From contig OZ024741.1 in assembly GCA_964016885.1 (NCBI GenBank), forward strand, positions 10,478,001 through 10,542,000: a stretch of 64,000 nucleotides of DNA, given 5' to 3'. The notes beneath the pieces were generated by a model. It was not told where the DNA came from, did not search any database, and was given only the letters and a program-made list of their open reading frames with translations. Position numbers and translations under genes: made by a program. The stretch comes from Eledone cirrhosa (lineage: Eukaryota). Shown here one piece after another: positions 11,801-25,199 of the stretch; within the stretch, counting starts at the first letter, position 1, and each line of letters opens with the position of its first letter.

Positions 11801-14800
11801 GTGGAGAGGGTAGTGTTGGTGTTGTTGGTGGTGGTGGTGATAGTGGTGGAGGTGGTGGTGTTGGTATTGTTGGTGGTGGTGGTGATAGTGGTGGAGGTGG
11901 TGGTGGTGGTGTCGTTGGTGGCGGTGGTGGTAGTGGTGGAGGTGGTGGTGTTGGTGTTGTTGGTGGTGGTGGTGATAGTGGTGGAGGTGGTGATGTTGGT
12001 GTTGTTGGTGGTGGTGGTGGTGGTGTTGGTGTCGTTGGTTGTGATAGTGGTGGAGGTGGTGGTGTTGGTGTTGTTGGTGGTGGAGGTGATAGTGGTGGAG
12101 GTGGTGGTGTTGGTGTTGTTGGTGGTGGTGGTGATAGTGGAGTTGGTGGTGTTGATGTTGTTGGTGGTGGTGGTGATAGTGTTGGAGGGGGTAGTGTTGG
12201 TGTTGTTGGTGGTGGTGGTGATAGTGGTGGAGGTGGTGGTGTTGGTGTTGTTAGTGGTGATAGTGGTGGAGTTGGTGGTGTTGGTGTCGTTGGTGGTGGT
12301 GGTGATAGTGGTGGAGGTGGTGGTGTTGGTGTTGTTAGTGGTGATAGTGGTGGAGTTGGTGGTGTTGGTGTCGTTGGTGGTGGTGGTGATAGTGGTGGAG
12401 GTGGTGGTGTTGGTGTCGTTGGTGGTGGTGGTGATAGTGGTGGAGGTGGTGGTGTTGGTGTTGTTGGTGGTGGAGGTGATAGTGGTGGAGGTGGTGGTGT
12501 TGGTGTTGTTAGTGGTGATAGTGGTGGAGGTGGTAGTGTTGGTGTCGTTGGTGGTGGTGGTGATAGTGGTGGCGGTTTTGGTGTTGGTGTTGTTGGTGGT
12601 GATAGTGGTGGAGGTGGTAGTGTTGGTGTCGTTGGTGGTGTTGGTGATAGTGGTGGAGGTGGTGGTGTTGGTGTTGTTGGTGGTGGAGCTGATAGTGGTG
12701 GAGGTGGTGGTGTTGGTGTTGTTGGTGGTGGAGGTGATATTGGTGGAGGTGGAGGTGTTGGTGTCGTTGGTGTTGGTGGTGATACTGGTGGAGGTGGTGG
12801 TGTTGGTGTTGTTGGTGGTGGTGGTGATAGTGGTGGAGGTTGTGGTGTTGGTGTCGTTGGTGGTGGTGGTGATAGTGGTGGAGGTGGTGGTGTTGGTGTT
12901 GTTGGTGGTGGAGGTGATAGTGGTGGAGGTGGTGGTATTGGTGTTGTTGGTGTTGGTGGTGATACTGGTGGAGGTGGTGGTGTTGGTGTTGTTGGTGGTG
13001 GTGGTGATAGGGGTGGAGGTGGTGGTGTTGGTGTCGTTGGTGGTGGTGGTGATAGTGGTGGAGGTGGTGGTGTTGGTGTTGTTGGTGGTGGTGGTGATAG
13101 TGGTGGAGGTGGTGGTGTTGGTGTTGTTGGTGGTGGTGGTGATAGTGGTGGAGGTGGTGGTGTTGGTGTTGTTGGTGGTGGTGGTGATAGTGGTGGAGGG
13201 GGTAGTGTTGGTGTTGTTGGTGGTGGTGGTGATAGTGGTGTAGGTGGTGGTGTTGGTGTTGTTGGTGATGGTGGTGATAGTGGTGGAGGGGGTAGTGTTT
13301 GTGTTGTTGGTGGTCGTGGTGATAGTGGTGGAGGTGGTGGTGTTGGTGTTGTTGGTGGTGGTGGTGATAGTGGTGGAGGTGGTGGTGTTGGTGTTGTTGG
13401 TGGTGGTGGTGATAGTGGTGGTGGTGGTGGTGTTGGTGTTGTTGGTGGTGATAGTGGTGGAGGTGGTGATAGTGGTGGAGGTGGTGGTGTTGGTGTTGTT
13501 GGTGGTGGTGGTGATAGTGGTGGAGAGGGTAGTGTTGGTGTTGTTGGTGGAGGAGGTGATACTGGTGGAGGTGGTGGTGTTGGTGTTGTTGGTGGTGGTG
13601 GTGATAGTGGTGGAGGTGGTGATAGTGGTGGAGGTGGTGGTGTTGGTGTCGTTGGTGGTGGTGGTGGTGATAGTGGTGGTGGTGGTGGTGTTGGTGTTGT
13701 TGGTGGTGGTGGTGATAGTGGTGGTGGTGGTGGTGTTGGTGTCGTTGGTGGTGGTGGTGATAGTGGTGGAGGTGGTGGTGTTGGTGTTGTTGGTGGTGGT
13801 GGTGATAGTGGTGGTGGTGGTGGTGTTGGTGTTGTTGGTGGTGGTGGTAGTGGTGTTGGTGTTGTTGGTGGTGGTGGTGATAGTGGTGGAGGTGGTGATA
13901 GTGGTGGAGGTGGTGGTGTTGGTGGTGGTGGTGATAGTGGTGGAGAGGGTAGTGTTGGTGTTGTTGGTGGTGGAGGTGATACTGGTGGAGGTGGTGGTGT
14001 TGGTGTTGTTGGTGGTGGTGGTGATAGTGGTGGAGGTGGTGATAGTGGTGGAGGTGGTGGTGTTGGTGTCGTTGGTGGTGGTGGTGGTGATAGTGGTGGT
14101 GGTGGTGGTGTTGGTGTTGTTGGTGGTGGTGGTGATAGTGGTGGTGGTGGTGGTGTTGGTGTCGTTGGTGGTGGTGGTGATAGTGGTGGAGGTGGTGGTG
14201 TTGGTGTCGTTGGTGGTGATAGTGGTGGAGGTGGTGGTGTTGGTGTTGTTGGTGTTGGTGGTGATAGTGGTGGAGGTGGTGGTGTTGGTGTTGTTGGTGG
14301 TGGTGGTGATAGTGGTGGAGGTGGTGGTGTTGGTGTTGTTGGTGGTGATGGGGATAGTTGTGGAGGTGGTGGTGTTTGTGTCGTTGGTGGTGATAGTGGT
14401 GGAGGTGGTGGTGTTGGTGTTGTTGGTGGTGGTGTTGATAGTGGTGGAGGTGGTGGTGTTGGTGTTGTTGGTGGTGGTGGTGATAGTGGTGGTGGTGGTG
14501 GTGTTGGTGTTGTTGGTGGTGGTGGTGATAGTGGTGGTGGTGGTGGTGTTGGTGTCGTTGGTGGTGGTGGTGATAGTGGTGGTGGTGGTGGTGTTGGTGT
14601 CGTTGGTGGTGGTGGTTTGTGATAGTGGTGGTGGTGGTGGTGTTGGTGTTGTTGGTGTTGTTGGTGGTGGTGGTGATAGTGGTGGAGGTGGTGGTGTTGG
14701 TGTTGTTGGTGGTGGTGGTGATAGTGGTGGTGGTGGTGGTGTTGGTGTTGTTGGTGGTGTTGGTGTTGTTGGTGGTGGTGGTGATAGTGGTGGAGGTGGT

Positions 14801-17799
14801 GGTGTTGGTGTTGTTGGTGGTGGTGGTGATAGTGGTGGTGGTGGTGGTGTTGGTGTTGTTGGTGGTGGTGGTGATAGTGGTGGTGGTGGTGGTGTTGGTG
14901 TTGTTGGTGGTGGTGGTGATAGTGGTGGAGGTGGTGGTGTTGGTGTCGTTGGTGGTGATAGTGGTGGAGGTGGTGGTGTTGGAGTTGTTGGTGGTGGTGG
15001 TGATAGTGGTGGAGGTGGAGGTGTTGGTGTTGTGGGTGGTGGTGGTGATAGTGGTGGAGGTGGAGGTGTTAGTGTTGTTGGTGGTGGTGGTGATAGTGGT
15101 GGAGGTGGTGGTGTTGGTGTCGTTGCTTGTGATAGTGGTGGAGGTGGTGGTGTTCGTATTGTTGGTGGTGGTGGTGATAGTGGTGGAGTTGGTGGTGGTG
15201 GTGTCGTTGGTGGTGGTGGTGATAGTGGTGGAGGTGGAGGTGTTGGTGTTGTTGGTGGTGGTGGTGATAGTGGTGGAGGTGGTGGTGTTGGTGTCGTTGG
15301 TGGTGATAGTGGTGGAGGTGGTGGTGTTGGTGTTGTTGGTGGTGGTGGTGATAGTGGTGGAGATGGTGGTGTTGGTGTTGTTGCTGGTGGTGGTGGTGAT
15401 AGTGGTGGAGGTGGTGGTGTTGGTATTGTTGGTGGTGGTGGTGATAGTGGTGGAGGTGGTGGTGTTGGTGTTGTTGGTGGTGGTGGTGATAGTGGGGGAG
15501 GTGTTGGTGTTGGTGTTGTTGGTGGTGGTGGTGATAGTGGTGGAGGTGGTGGTGTTGTTGTCGTTGGTGGTGGTGGTGATAGTGGTGGAGGTGTTGGTGT
15601 TGGTATTGTTGGTGGTGGTGGTGATAGTGGTGGAGGTGGTGGTGTTGGTGTCGTTGGTGGTGATAGTGGTGGAGGTGTTGGTGTTGGTGTCGTTGGTGGT
15701 GGTGGTGATAGTGGTGGAGGTGGAGGTGTTGGTGTTGTTGGTGGTGGTGGTGATAGTTGTGGAGGTGGTGGTGTTGGTGTCGTTGGTTGTGATAGTGGTG
15801 GAGGTGGTGGTGTTGGTATTGTTGGTGGTGGTGGTGATAATGGTGGAGTGGTGTTGGTGGTGTTGTTGGTGGCGGTGGTGATAGTGGTGGAGATGGTGGT
15901 GTTGGTGTTGTTGGTGGTGGTGGTGATAGTGGTGGAGGTGGTGGTGTTGGTGTCGTTGGTTGTGATAGTGGTGGAGGTGGTGGTGTTGGTATTGTTGGTG
16001 GTGGTGGTGATAGTGGTGGAGGTGGTGGTGGTGATAGTGGTGGAGGTTGTGGTGTTGGTGTCGTTGGTGGTGGTGGTGATAGTGGTGGAGGTGGTGTTGT
16101 TGGTGGCGGTGGTAATAGTGGTGGAGGTGGTGGTGTTGGTATTGTTGGTGGTGGTGGTGATAGTGGTGGAGGTGGTGGTGTTGGTATTGTTGGTGGTGGT
16201 GGTGATAGTGGTGGAGGTGGTGGTGGTGGTGTCGTTGGTGATAGTGGTGGAGGTGGTGGTGTTGGTGTTGTTGGTGCTGGTGGTGATAGTGGTGGAGGTG
16301 GTGATGTTGGTGTTGTTGGTGGTGGTGGTGGTGGTGTTGGTGTCGTTGGTTGTGATAGTGGTGGAGGTGGTGGTGTTGGTGTTGTTGGTGGTGGAGGTGA
16401 TAGTGGTGGAGGTGGTGGTGTTGGTGTTGTTGGTGGTGGTGCTGATAGTGGTGGAGTTGGTGGTGTTGGTGTTGTTGGTGGTGATAGTGGTGGAGGTGGT
16501 AGTGTTGGTGTCGTTGGTGGTGGTGGTGATAGTGGAGTTGGTGGTGTTGATGTTGTTGGTGGTGGTGGTGATAGTGTTGGAGGGGGTAGTGTTGGTGTTG
16601 TTGGTGGTGGTGGTGATAGTGGTGGAGTTGGTGGTGTTGGTGTTGTTGGTGGTGATAGTGGTGGAGGTGGTAGTGTTGGTGTCGTTGGTGGTGGTGGTGA
16701 TAGTGGTGGAGGTGGTGGTGTTGGTGTTGTTGGTGGTGGAGGTGATAGTGGTGGAGGTGGTGGTGTTGGTGTTGTTAGTGGTGATAGTGGTGGAGGTGGT
16801 AGTGTTGGTGTCGTTGGTGGTGGTGGTGATAGTGGTGGCGGTGGTGGTGTTGGTGTTGTTGGTGGTGATAGTGGTGGAGGTGGTAGTGTTGGTGTCGTTG
16901 GTGGTGGTGGTGATAGTGGTGGAGGTGGTGGTGTTGGTGTCGTTGGTGGTGGTGGTGATAGTGGTGGAGGTGGTGGTGTTGGTGTTGTTGGTGGTGGAGG
17001 TGATAGTGGTGGAGGTGGTGGTGTTGGTGTTGTTGGTGGTGGAGGTGATATTGGTGGAGGTGGTGGTGTTGGTGTCGTTGGTGTTGGTGGTGATACTGGT
17101 GGAGGTGGTGGTGTTAGTGTTGTTGGTGGTGGTGGTGATAGTGGTGGAGGTTGTGGTGTTGGTGTCGTTGGTGGTGGTGGTGATAGTGGTGGAGGTGGTG
17201 GTGTTGGTGTTGTTGGTGGTGGAGGTGATAGTGGTGGAGGTGGTGGTGTTGGTGTTGTTGGTGGTGGTGGTGATAGTGCTGGAGGGGGTAGTGTTGGTGT
17301 CGTTGGTGTTGGTGGTGATACTTGTGGAGGTGGTGGTGTTGGTGTTGTTGGTGGTGGTGGTGATAGGGGTGGAGGTGGTGGTGTTGGTGTCGTTGGTGGT
17401 GGTGGTGATAGTGGTGGAGGTGGTGGTGTTGGTGTTGTTGGTGGTGGTGGTGATAGTGGGGAGGGGGTAGTGTTGGTGTTGTTGGTGGTGGTGGTGATAG
17501 TGGTGGAGGGGGTAGTGTTGGTGTTGTTGGTGGTGGTGCTGATAGTGGTGGTGGTGGTGGTGTTGGTGTCGTTGGTGGTGGGGTGATAGTGGTGGAGGTG
17601 GTGGTGTTGGTGTTGTTGGTGGTGGTGCTGATAGTGGTGGTGGTGGTGGTGTTGGTGTTGTTGGTGGTGGTGGTGATAGGGGTGGAGGTGGTGGTGTTGG
17701 TGTTGATGGTGGTGGTGGTGATAGTGGTGGTGGTGGTGGTGTTGGTGTCGTTGGTGGTGGGGTGATAGTGGTGGAGGTGCTGGTGTTGGTGTTGTTGGT

Positions 17800-20700
17800 G
17801 GTGGTGCTGATAGTGGTGGTGGTGGTGGTGTTGGTGTTGTTGGTGGTGGAGGTGATAGTGGTGGTGGTGGTGGTGTTGGTGTCCTTGGTGGTGGTGGTGT
17901 TGATAGTGGTGGAGGTGGTGGTGTTGGTGTCGTTGGTGGTGGTGTTGATAGTGGTGGTGGTGGTGGTGTTGGTGTTGTTGGTGGTGGTGGTGATAGTGGT
18001 GGTGGTGGTGGTGTTGGTGTTGTTGGTGGTGGAGGTGATAGTGGTGGTGGTGGTGGTGTTGGTGTCCTTGGTGGTGGTGGTGTTGATAGTGGTGGAGGTG
18101 GTGGTGTTGGTGTCGTTGGTGGTGGTGTTGATAGTGGTGGTGGTGGTGGTGTTGGTGTCGTTGGTGGCGGTGGTGATAGTGGTGGAGAGGGTAGTGTTGG
18201 TGTTGTTGGTGGTGGAGGTGATAGTGGTGGAGGTGGTGGTGTTTGTGTCGTTGGTGGTGATAGTGGTGGAGGTGGTGGTGTTGGTGTTGTTGGTGGTGAT
18301 AGTGGTGGAGGTGGTGGTGTTGGTGTTGTTGGTGGTGGTGGTGAAAGTGGTGGAGGTGGTGGTGTTGGTGTTGTTGGTGGTGGTGGTGATAGTGGTGGAG
18401 GTGGTGGTGTTGGTGTTGTTGGTGGTGGTGGTGCTAGTGGTGGAGGTCGTTGTGTTGGTGTTGTTGGTGGTGGTGGTGATAGTGGTGGAGGGGGTAGTGT
18501 TGGTGTTGGTGGTGGTGGTCGTGATAGTGGTGGAGGTGGTGGTGTTTGTGTTGTTGGTGGTGATAGTGGTGGAGGTGGTAGTGTTGGTGTCGTTGGTGGT
18601 GGTGGTGGTGGTGGTGATAGTAGGGAGGTGGTGGTGTTGGTGTTGTTGGAGGTGGTGGTGGTGGTGTTGGTGTTGTTGGTGGTGGTGTTGATAGTGGTGG
18701 AGGTGGTGGTGTTGGTGTTGTTGGTGGTGGTGGTGATAGTGGTGGAGGTCGTTGTGTTGGTGTTGTTGGTGGTGGTGGTGATAGTGGTGGAGGTGGTGGT
18801 GTTGGTGTTGTTGGTGGTGGTGCTGATAGTGGTGGAGGTCGTTGTGTTGGTGTTGTTGGTGGTGGTGGTGATAGTGGTGGAGTTGATGGTGTTGGTGTTG
18901 TTGGTGGTGGTGGTGATAGTGGTGGAGGGGGTAGTGTTGGTGTTGTTGGTGGTGGTGGTGATAGTGGTGGAGGTGGTGGTGTTTGTGTTGTTGGTGGTGA
19001 TAGTGGTGGAGGTGGTAGTGTTGGTGTCGTTGGTGGTGGTGGTGGTGGTGGTGATAGTAGGGAGGTGGTGGTGTTGGTGTTGTTGGAGGTGGTGGTGGTG
19101 GTGGTGTTGGTGTTGTTGGTGGTGGTGGTGATAGTGGTGGAGGTGGTGGTGTTGGTGTTGTTGGTGGTGGTGGTGATAGTGGTGGAGGTCGTTGTGTTGG
19201 TGTTGTTGGTGGTGGTGGTGATAGTGGTGGAGGTGGTGGTGTTGGTGTTGTTGGTGGTGGTGCTGATAGTGGTGGAGGTCGTTGTGTTGGTGTTGTTGGT
19301 GGTGGAGGTGATAGTGGTGGAGTTGATGGTGTTGGTGTTGTTGGTGGTGGTGGTGATAGTGGTGGAGGGGGTAGTGTTGGTGTTGTTGGTGGTGGTGGTG
19401 ATAGTGGTGGAGGTGGTGGTGTTTGTGTTGTTGGTGGTGATAGTGGTGGAGGTGGTAGTGTTGGTGTCGTTGGTGGTGGTGGTGGTGGTGGTGATAGTAG
19501 GGAGGTGGTGGTGTTGGTGTTGTTGGAGGTGGTGGTGGTGGTGGTGTTGGTGTTGTTGGTGGTGGTGTTGATAGTGGTGGAGGTGGTGGTGTTGGTGTTG
19601 TTGGTGGTGGTGGTGATAGTGGTGGAGGTCGTTGTGTTGGTGTTGTTGGTGGTGGTGGTGATAGTGGTGGAGGTGGTGGTGTTGGTGTTGTTGGTGGTGG
19701 TGCTGATAGTGGTGGAGGTCGTTGTGTTGGTGTTGTTGGTGGTGGTGGTGATAGTGGTGGAGTTGATGGTGTTGGTGTTGTTGGTGGTGGTGGTGATAGT
19801 GGTGGAGGGGGTAGTGTTGGTGTTGGTGGTGGTGGTGATAGTGGTGGAGGTGGAGGTGTTGGTGTTGTTGGTGGTGATAGTGGTGGAGCTGGATTGTGTT
19901 GGTGTCGTTGGTGGTGGTGGTGGTGGTGATAGTGGTGGAGGTGGTGGTGTTGGTGTTGTTGGTGGTGGTGGTGATAGTGGTGGATGTGGTGGTGTTGGTG
20001 TTGTTGGTGGTGGTGGTGATAGTGGTGGAGGTGGAGGGGGTAGTGTTGGTGTTGTTGGTGGTGGTGATGATAGTGGTGGAGGTGGTGGTGTTGGTGTTGT
20101 TGGTGGTGGTGGTGATAGTGGTGGAGGGGGTAGTGTTGGTGTTTTTGGTGGTGGTGGTGATAGTGGTGGAGGTGGTGGTGTTGGTGTCGTTGGTGGTGGT
20201 GGTGATAGCGGTGGAGGTGGAGGTGTTGGTGTTGTTGGTGGTGGTGGTGATAGTGGTGGAGGTGGTGGTGTTGGTGTTGTTGGTGGTGGAGGTGATATTG
20301 GTGGAGGTGGTGGTGTTGGTGTCGTTGGTGTTGGTGGTGATACTGGTGGAGGTGGTGGTGTTAGTGTTGTTGGTGGTGGTGGTGATAGTGGTGGAGGTTG
20401 TGGTGTTGGTGTCGTTGGTGGTGGTGGTGATAGTGGTGGAGGTGGTGGTGTTGGTGTTGTTGGTGGTGGAGGTGATAGTGGTGGAGGTGGTGGTGCTGGT
20501 GTTGTTGGTGGTGGTGGTGATAGTGCTGGAGGGGGTAGTGTTGGTGTCGTTGGTGTTGGTGGTGATACTGGTGGAGGTGGTGGTGTTGGTGTTGTTGGTG
20601 GTGGTGGTGATAGGGGTGGAGGTGGTGGTGTTGGTGTCGTTGGTGGTGGTGGTGATAGTGGTGGAGGTGGTGGTGTTGGTGTTGTTGGTGGTGGTGGTGA

Positions 20701-22770
20701 TAGTGGTGGAGGGGGTAGTGTTGGTGTTGTTGGTGGTGGTGGTGATAGTGGTGGAGGGGGTAGTGTTGGTGTCGTTGGTGGTGGTGGTGATAGTAGTGAA
20801 GGTGGTGGTGTTGGTGTTGTTGGTGGTGGTGGTGATAGTGCTGGAGGTGGTGGTGTTGGTGTTGTTGATGGTGGTGGTGATAGTGGTGGAGGTGGTGGTG
20901 TTGGTGTTGTTGGTGGTTGTGCTGATAGTGGTGGTGGTGGTGGTGGTGTTGGTGTCGTTGGTGGTGGTGGTGATAGTGGTGGAGGTGGTGGTGTTGGTGT
21001 TGTTGGTGGTGGTGCTGATAGTGGTGGTGGTGGTGGTGTTGGTGTCGTTGGTGGTGGGGTGATAGTGGTGGAGGTGGTGGTGTTGGTGTTGTTGGTGGTG
21101 GTGCTGATAGTGGTGGTGGTGGTGGTGTTGGTGTTGTTGGTGGTGGTGGTGATAGGGGTGGAGGTGGTGGTGTTGGTGTTGATGGTGGTGGTGGTGATAG
21201 TGGTGGTGGTGGTGGTGTTGGTGTCGTTGGTGGTGGTGGTGATAGTGGTGGAGGTGGTGGTGCTGGTGTTGTTGGTGGTGGTGGTGATAGTGGTGGTGGT
21301 GGTGGTGTTGGTGTTGTTGGTGGTGGAGGTGATAGTGGTGGAGGTGGTGGTGTTGGTGTTGTTGGTGGTGGAGGTGATAGTGGTGGTGGTGGTGGTGTTG
21401 GTGTCCTTGGTGGTGGTGGTGTTGATAGTGGTGGAGGTGGTGGTGTTGGTGTCGTTGGTGGTGGTGTTGATAGTGGTGGTGGTGGTGGTGTTGGTGTTGT
21501 TGGTGGTGGTGGTGATAGTGGTGGTGGTGGTGGTGTTGGTGTTGTTGGTGGTGGAGGTGATAGTGGTGGTGGTGGTGGTGTTGGTGTCCTTGGTGGTGGT
21601 GGTGTTGATAGTGGTGGAGGTGGTGGTGTTGGTGTCGTTGGTGGTGGTGTTGATAGTGGTGGTGGTGGTGGTGTTGGTGTCGTTGGTGGCGGTGGTGATA
21701 GTGGTGGAGAGGGTAGTGTTGGTGTTGTTGGTGGTGGAGGTGATAGTGGTGGAGGTGGTGGTGTTTGTGTCGTTGGTGGTGAGAGTGGTGGAGGTGGTGG
21801 TGTTGGTGTTGTTGGTGGTGATAGTGGTGGAGGTGGTGGTGTTGGTGTTGTTGGTGGTGGTGGTGATAGTGGTGGAGGTGGTGGTGTTGGTGTTGTTGGT
21901 GGTGGTGGTGATAGTGGTGGAGGTGGTGGTGTTGGTGTTGTTGGTGGTGGTGGTGCTAGTGGTGGAGGTCGTTGTGTTGGTGTTGTTGGTGGTGGTGGTG
22001 ATAGTGGTGGAGGGGGTAGTGTTGGTGTTGGTGGTGGTGGTGGTGATAGTGGTGGAGGTGGTGGTGTTTGTGTTGTTGGTGGTGATAGTGGTGGAGGTGG
22101 TAGTGTTGGTGTCGTTGGTGGTGGTGGTGGTGGTGGTGATAGTAGGGAGGTGGTGGTGTTGGTGTTGTTGGAGGTGGTGGTGGTGGTGTTGGTGTTGTTG
22201 GTGGTGGTGTTGATAGTGGTGGAGGTGGTGGTGTTGGTGTTGTTGGTGGTGGTGGTGATAGTGGTGGAGGTCGTTGTGTTGGTGTTGTTGGTGGTGGTGG
22301 TGATAGTGGTGGAGGTGGTGGTGTTGGTGTTGTTGGTGGTGGTGCTGATAGTGGTGGAGGTCGTTGTGTTGGTGTTGTTGGTGGTGGTGGTGATAGTGGT
22401 GGAGTTGATGGTGTTGGTGTTGTTGGTGGTGGTGGTGATAGTGGTGGAGGGGGTAGTGTTGGTGTTGTTGGTGGTGGTGGTGATAGTGGTGGAGGTGGTG
22501 GTGTTTGTGTTGTTGGTGGTGATAGTGGTGGAGGTGGTAGTGTTGGTGTCGTTGGTGGTGGTGGTGGTGGTGGTGATAGTAGGGAGGTGGTGGTGTTGGT
22601 GTTGTTGGAGGTGGTGGTGGTGGTGGTGTTGGTGTTGTTGGTGGTGGTGGTGATAGTGGTGGAGGTGGTGGTGTTGGTGTTGTTGGTGGTGGTGGTGATA
22701 GTGGTGGAGGTCGTTGTGTTGGTGTTGTTGGTGGTGGTTGTGATAGTGGTGGAGGTGGTGGTGTTGGTGT
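17800..22770 (+). repeat. Dispersed duplication: ~17800-19250 recurs at ~21370-22770 (offset 3522 bp)
   Basis: GTCCTT at 17881/21403. GATAGTAGGGAGG at 18616/22138 and 19053/22575. ORF-track entries 18628..19131 and 22150..22653 translate identically. Confidence 0.9.
18430..19830 (+). repeat. Higher-order repeat, ~437-440-bp unit (about 10 monomers) x3
   Basis: The frameshift marker GATAGTAGGGAGG lies at 18616, 19053 and 19493, each with the same following variants (GTTGGAGGT, GGTCGTTGT, GGAGTTGAT). Confidence 0.9.
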
Positions 22771-22829
22771 TGTTGGTGGTGGTGGTGATAGTGGTGGATG
22801 TGGTGGTGTTGGTGTTGTTGGTGGTGGTG

Positions 22830-23840
22830 GTGATAGTGGTGGAGGTGGAGGGGGTAGTGTTGGTGTTGTTGGTGGTGGTGATGATAGTGGTGGAGGTGGT
22901 GGTGTTGGTGTTGTTGGTGGTGGTGGTGATAGTGGTGGAGGGGGTAGTGTTGGTGTTTTTGGTGGTGGTGGTGATAGTGGTGGAGGTGGTGGTGTTGGTG
23001 TCGTTGGTGGTGGTGGTGGTGATAGTGGTGGAGGTGGAGGTGTTGGTGTTGTTGGTGGTGGTGGTGATAGTGGTGGAGGTGGTGGTGTTGGTGTTGTTGG
23101 TGGTGGTGGTGATAGTGGTGGAGGGGGTAGTGTTGGTGTCGTTGGTGGTGGTGGTGATAGTGGTGGAGGTGGAGGTGTTGGTGTTGTTGGTGGTGGAGGT
23201 GATAGTGGTGGAGGTGGTGGTGTTGGTGTTGTTGGTGGTGGAGGTGATATTGGTGGAGGTGGTGTTGTTGGTGTCGTTGGTGTTGGTGGTGATACTGGTG
23301 GAGGTGGTGGTGTTAGTGTTGTTGGTGGTGGTGGTGATAGTGGTGGAGGTGGAGGGGGTAGTGTTGGTGTTGTTGGTGGTGGTGATGATAGTGGTGGAGG
23401 TGGTGGTGTTGGTGTTGTTGGTGGTGGTGGTGATAGTGGTGGAGGGGGTAGTGTTGGTGTTTTTGGTGGTGGTGGTGATAGTGGTGGAGGTGGTGGTGTT
23501 GGTGTCGTTGGTGGTGGTGGTGATAGTGGTGGAGGTGGAGGTGTTGGTGTTGTTGGTGGTGGTGGTGATAGTGGTGGAGGTGGTGGTGTTGGTGTTGTTG
23601 GTGGTGGTGGTGATAGTGGTGGAGGGGGTAGTGTTGGTGTCGTTGGTGGTGGTGGTGATAGTGGTGGAGGTGGAGGTGTTGGTGTTGTTGGTGGTGGAGG
23701 TGATAGTGGTGGAGGTGGTGGTGTTGGTGTTGTTGGTGGTGGAGGTGATATTGGTGGAGGTGGTGGTGTTGGTGTCGTTGGTGTTGGTGGTGATACTGGT
23801 GGAGGTGGTGGTGTTAGTGTTGTTGGTGGTGGTGGTGATA
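22830..23840 (+). repeat. Tandem duplication, ~501-504-bp unit x2
   Basis: GATGATAGT at 22880/23384 and GATATT at 23246/23747. Both copies carry GTTTTT and GTTAGT. Confidence 0.8.
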
Positions 23841-25199
23841 GTGGTGGAGGTTGTGGTGTTGGTGTCGTTGGTGGTGGTGGTGATAGTGGTGGAGGTGGTG
23901 GTGTTGGTGTTGTTGGTGGTGGAGGTGATAGTGGTGGAGGTGGTGGTGTTGGTGTTGTTGGTGGTGGTGGTGATAGTGCTGGAGGGGGTAGTGTTGGTGT
24001 CGTTGGTGTTGGTGGTGATACTGGTGGAGGTGGTGGTGTTGGTGTTGTTGGTGGTGGTGGTGATAGGGGTGGAGGTGGTGGTGTTGGTGTCGTTGGTGGT
24101 GGTGGTGATAGTGGTGGAGGTGGTGGTGTTGGTGTTGTTGGTGGTGGTGGTGATAGTGGTGGAGGGGGTAGTGTTGGTGTTGTTGGTGGTGGTGGTGATA
24201 GTGGTGGAGGGGGTAGTGTTGGTGTCGTTGGTGGTGGTGGTGATAGTAGTGAAGGTGGTGGTGTTGGTGTTGTTGGTGGTGGTGGTGATAGTGCTGGAGG
24301 TGGTGGTGTTGGTGTTGTTGATGGTGGTGGTGATAGTGGTGGAGGTGGTGGTGTTGGTGTTGTTGGTGGTGGTGCTGATAGTGGTGGTGGTGGTGGTGGT
24401 GTTGGTGTCGTTGGTGGTGGTGGTGATAGTGGTGGAGGTGGTGGTGTTGGTGTTGTTGGTGGTGGTGCTGATAGTGGTGGTGGTGGTGGTGTTGGTGTCG
24501 TTGGTGGTGGGGTGATAGTGGTGGGGGTGGTGGTGTTGGTGTTGTTGGTGGTGGTGCTGATAGTGGTGGTGGTGGTGGTGTTGGTGTTGTTGGTGGTGGT
24601 GGTGATAGGGGTGGAGGTGGTGGTGTTGGTGTTGATGGTGGTGGTGGTGATAGTGGTGGTGGTGGTGGTGTTGGTGTCGTTGGTGGTGGTGGTGATAGTG
24701 GTGGAGGTGGTGGTGCTGGTGTTGTTGGTGGTGGTGGTGATAGTGGTGGTGGTGGTGGTCTTGGTGTTGTTGGTGGTGGTGGTGGTGTTGGTGTCCTTGG
24801 TGGTGGTGGTGTTGATAGTGGTGGAGGTGGTGGTGTTGGTGTCGTTGGTGGTGGTGTTGATAGTGGTGGTGGTGGTGGTGTTGGTGTCGTTGGTGGCGGT
24901 GGTGATAGTGGTGGAGAGGGTAGTGTTGGTGTTGTTGGTGGTGGAGGTGATAGTGGTGGAGGTGGTGGTGTTTGTGTCGTTGGTGGTGATAGTGGTGGAG
25001 GTGGTGGTGTTGGTGTTGTTGGTGGTGGTGGTGCTAGTGGTGGAGGTGGAGGTGTTGGTGTTGTTGGTGGTGGTGGTGATAGTGGTGGAGGTGGTGGTGT
25101 TTGTGTCGTTGGTGGTGATAGTGGTGGAGGTGGTGGTGTTGGTGTTGTTGGTGGTGGTGGTGATAGTGGTGGAGGTGGTGGTGTTGGTGTTGTTGCATG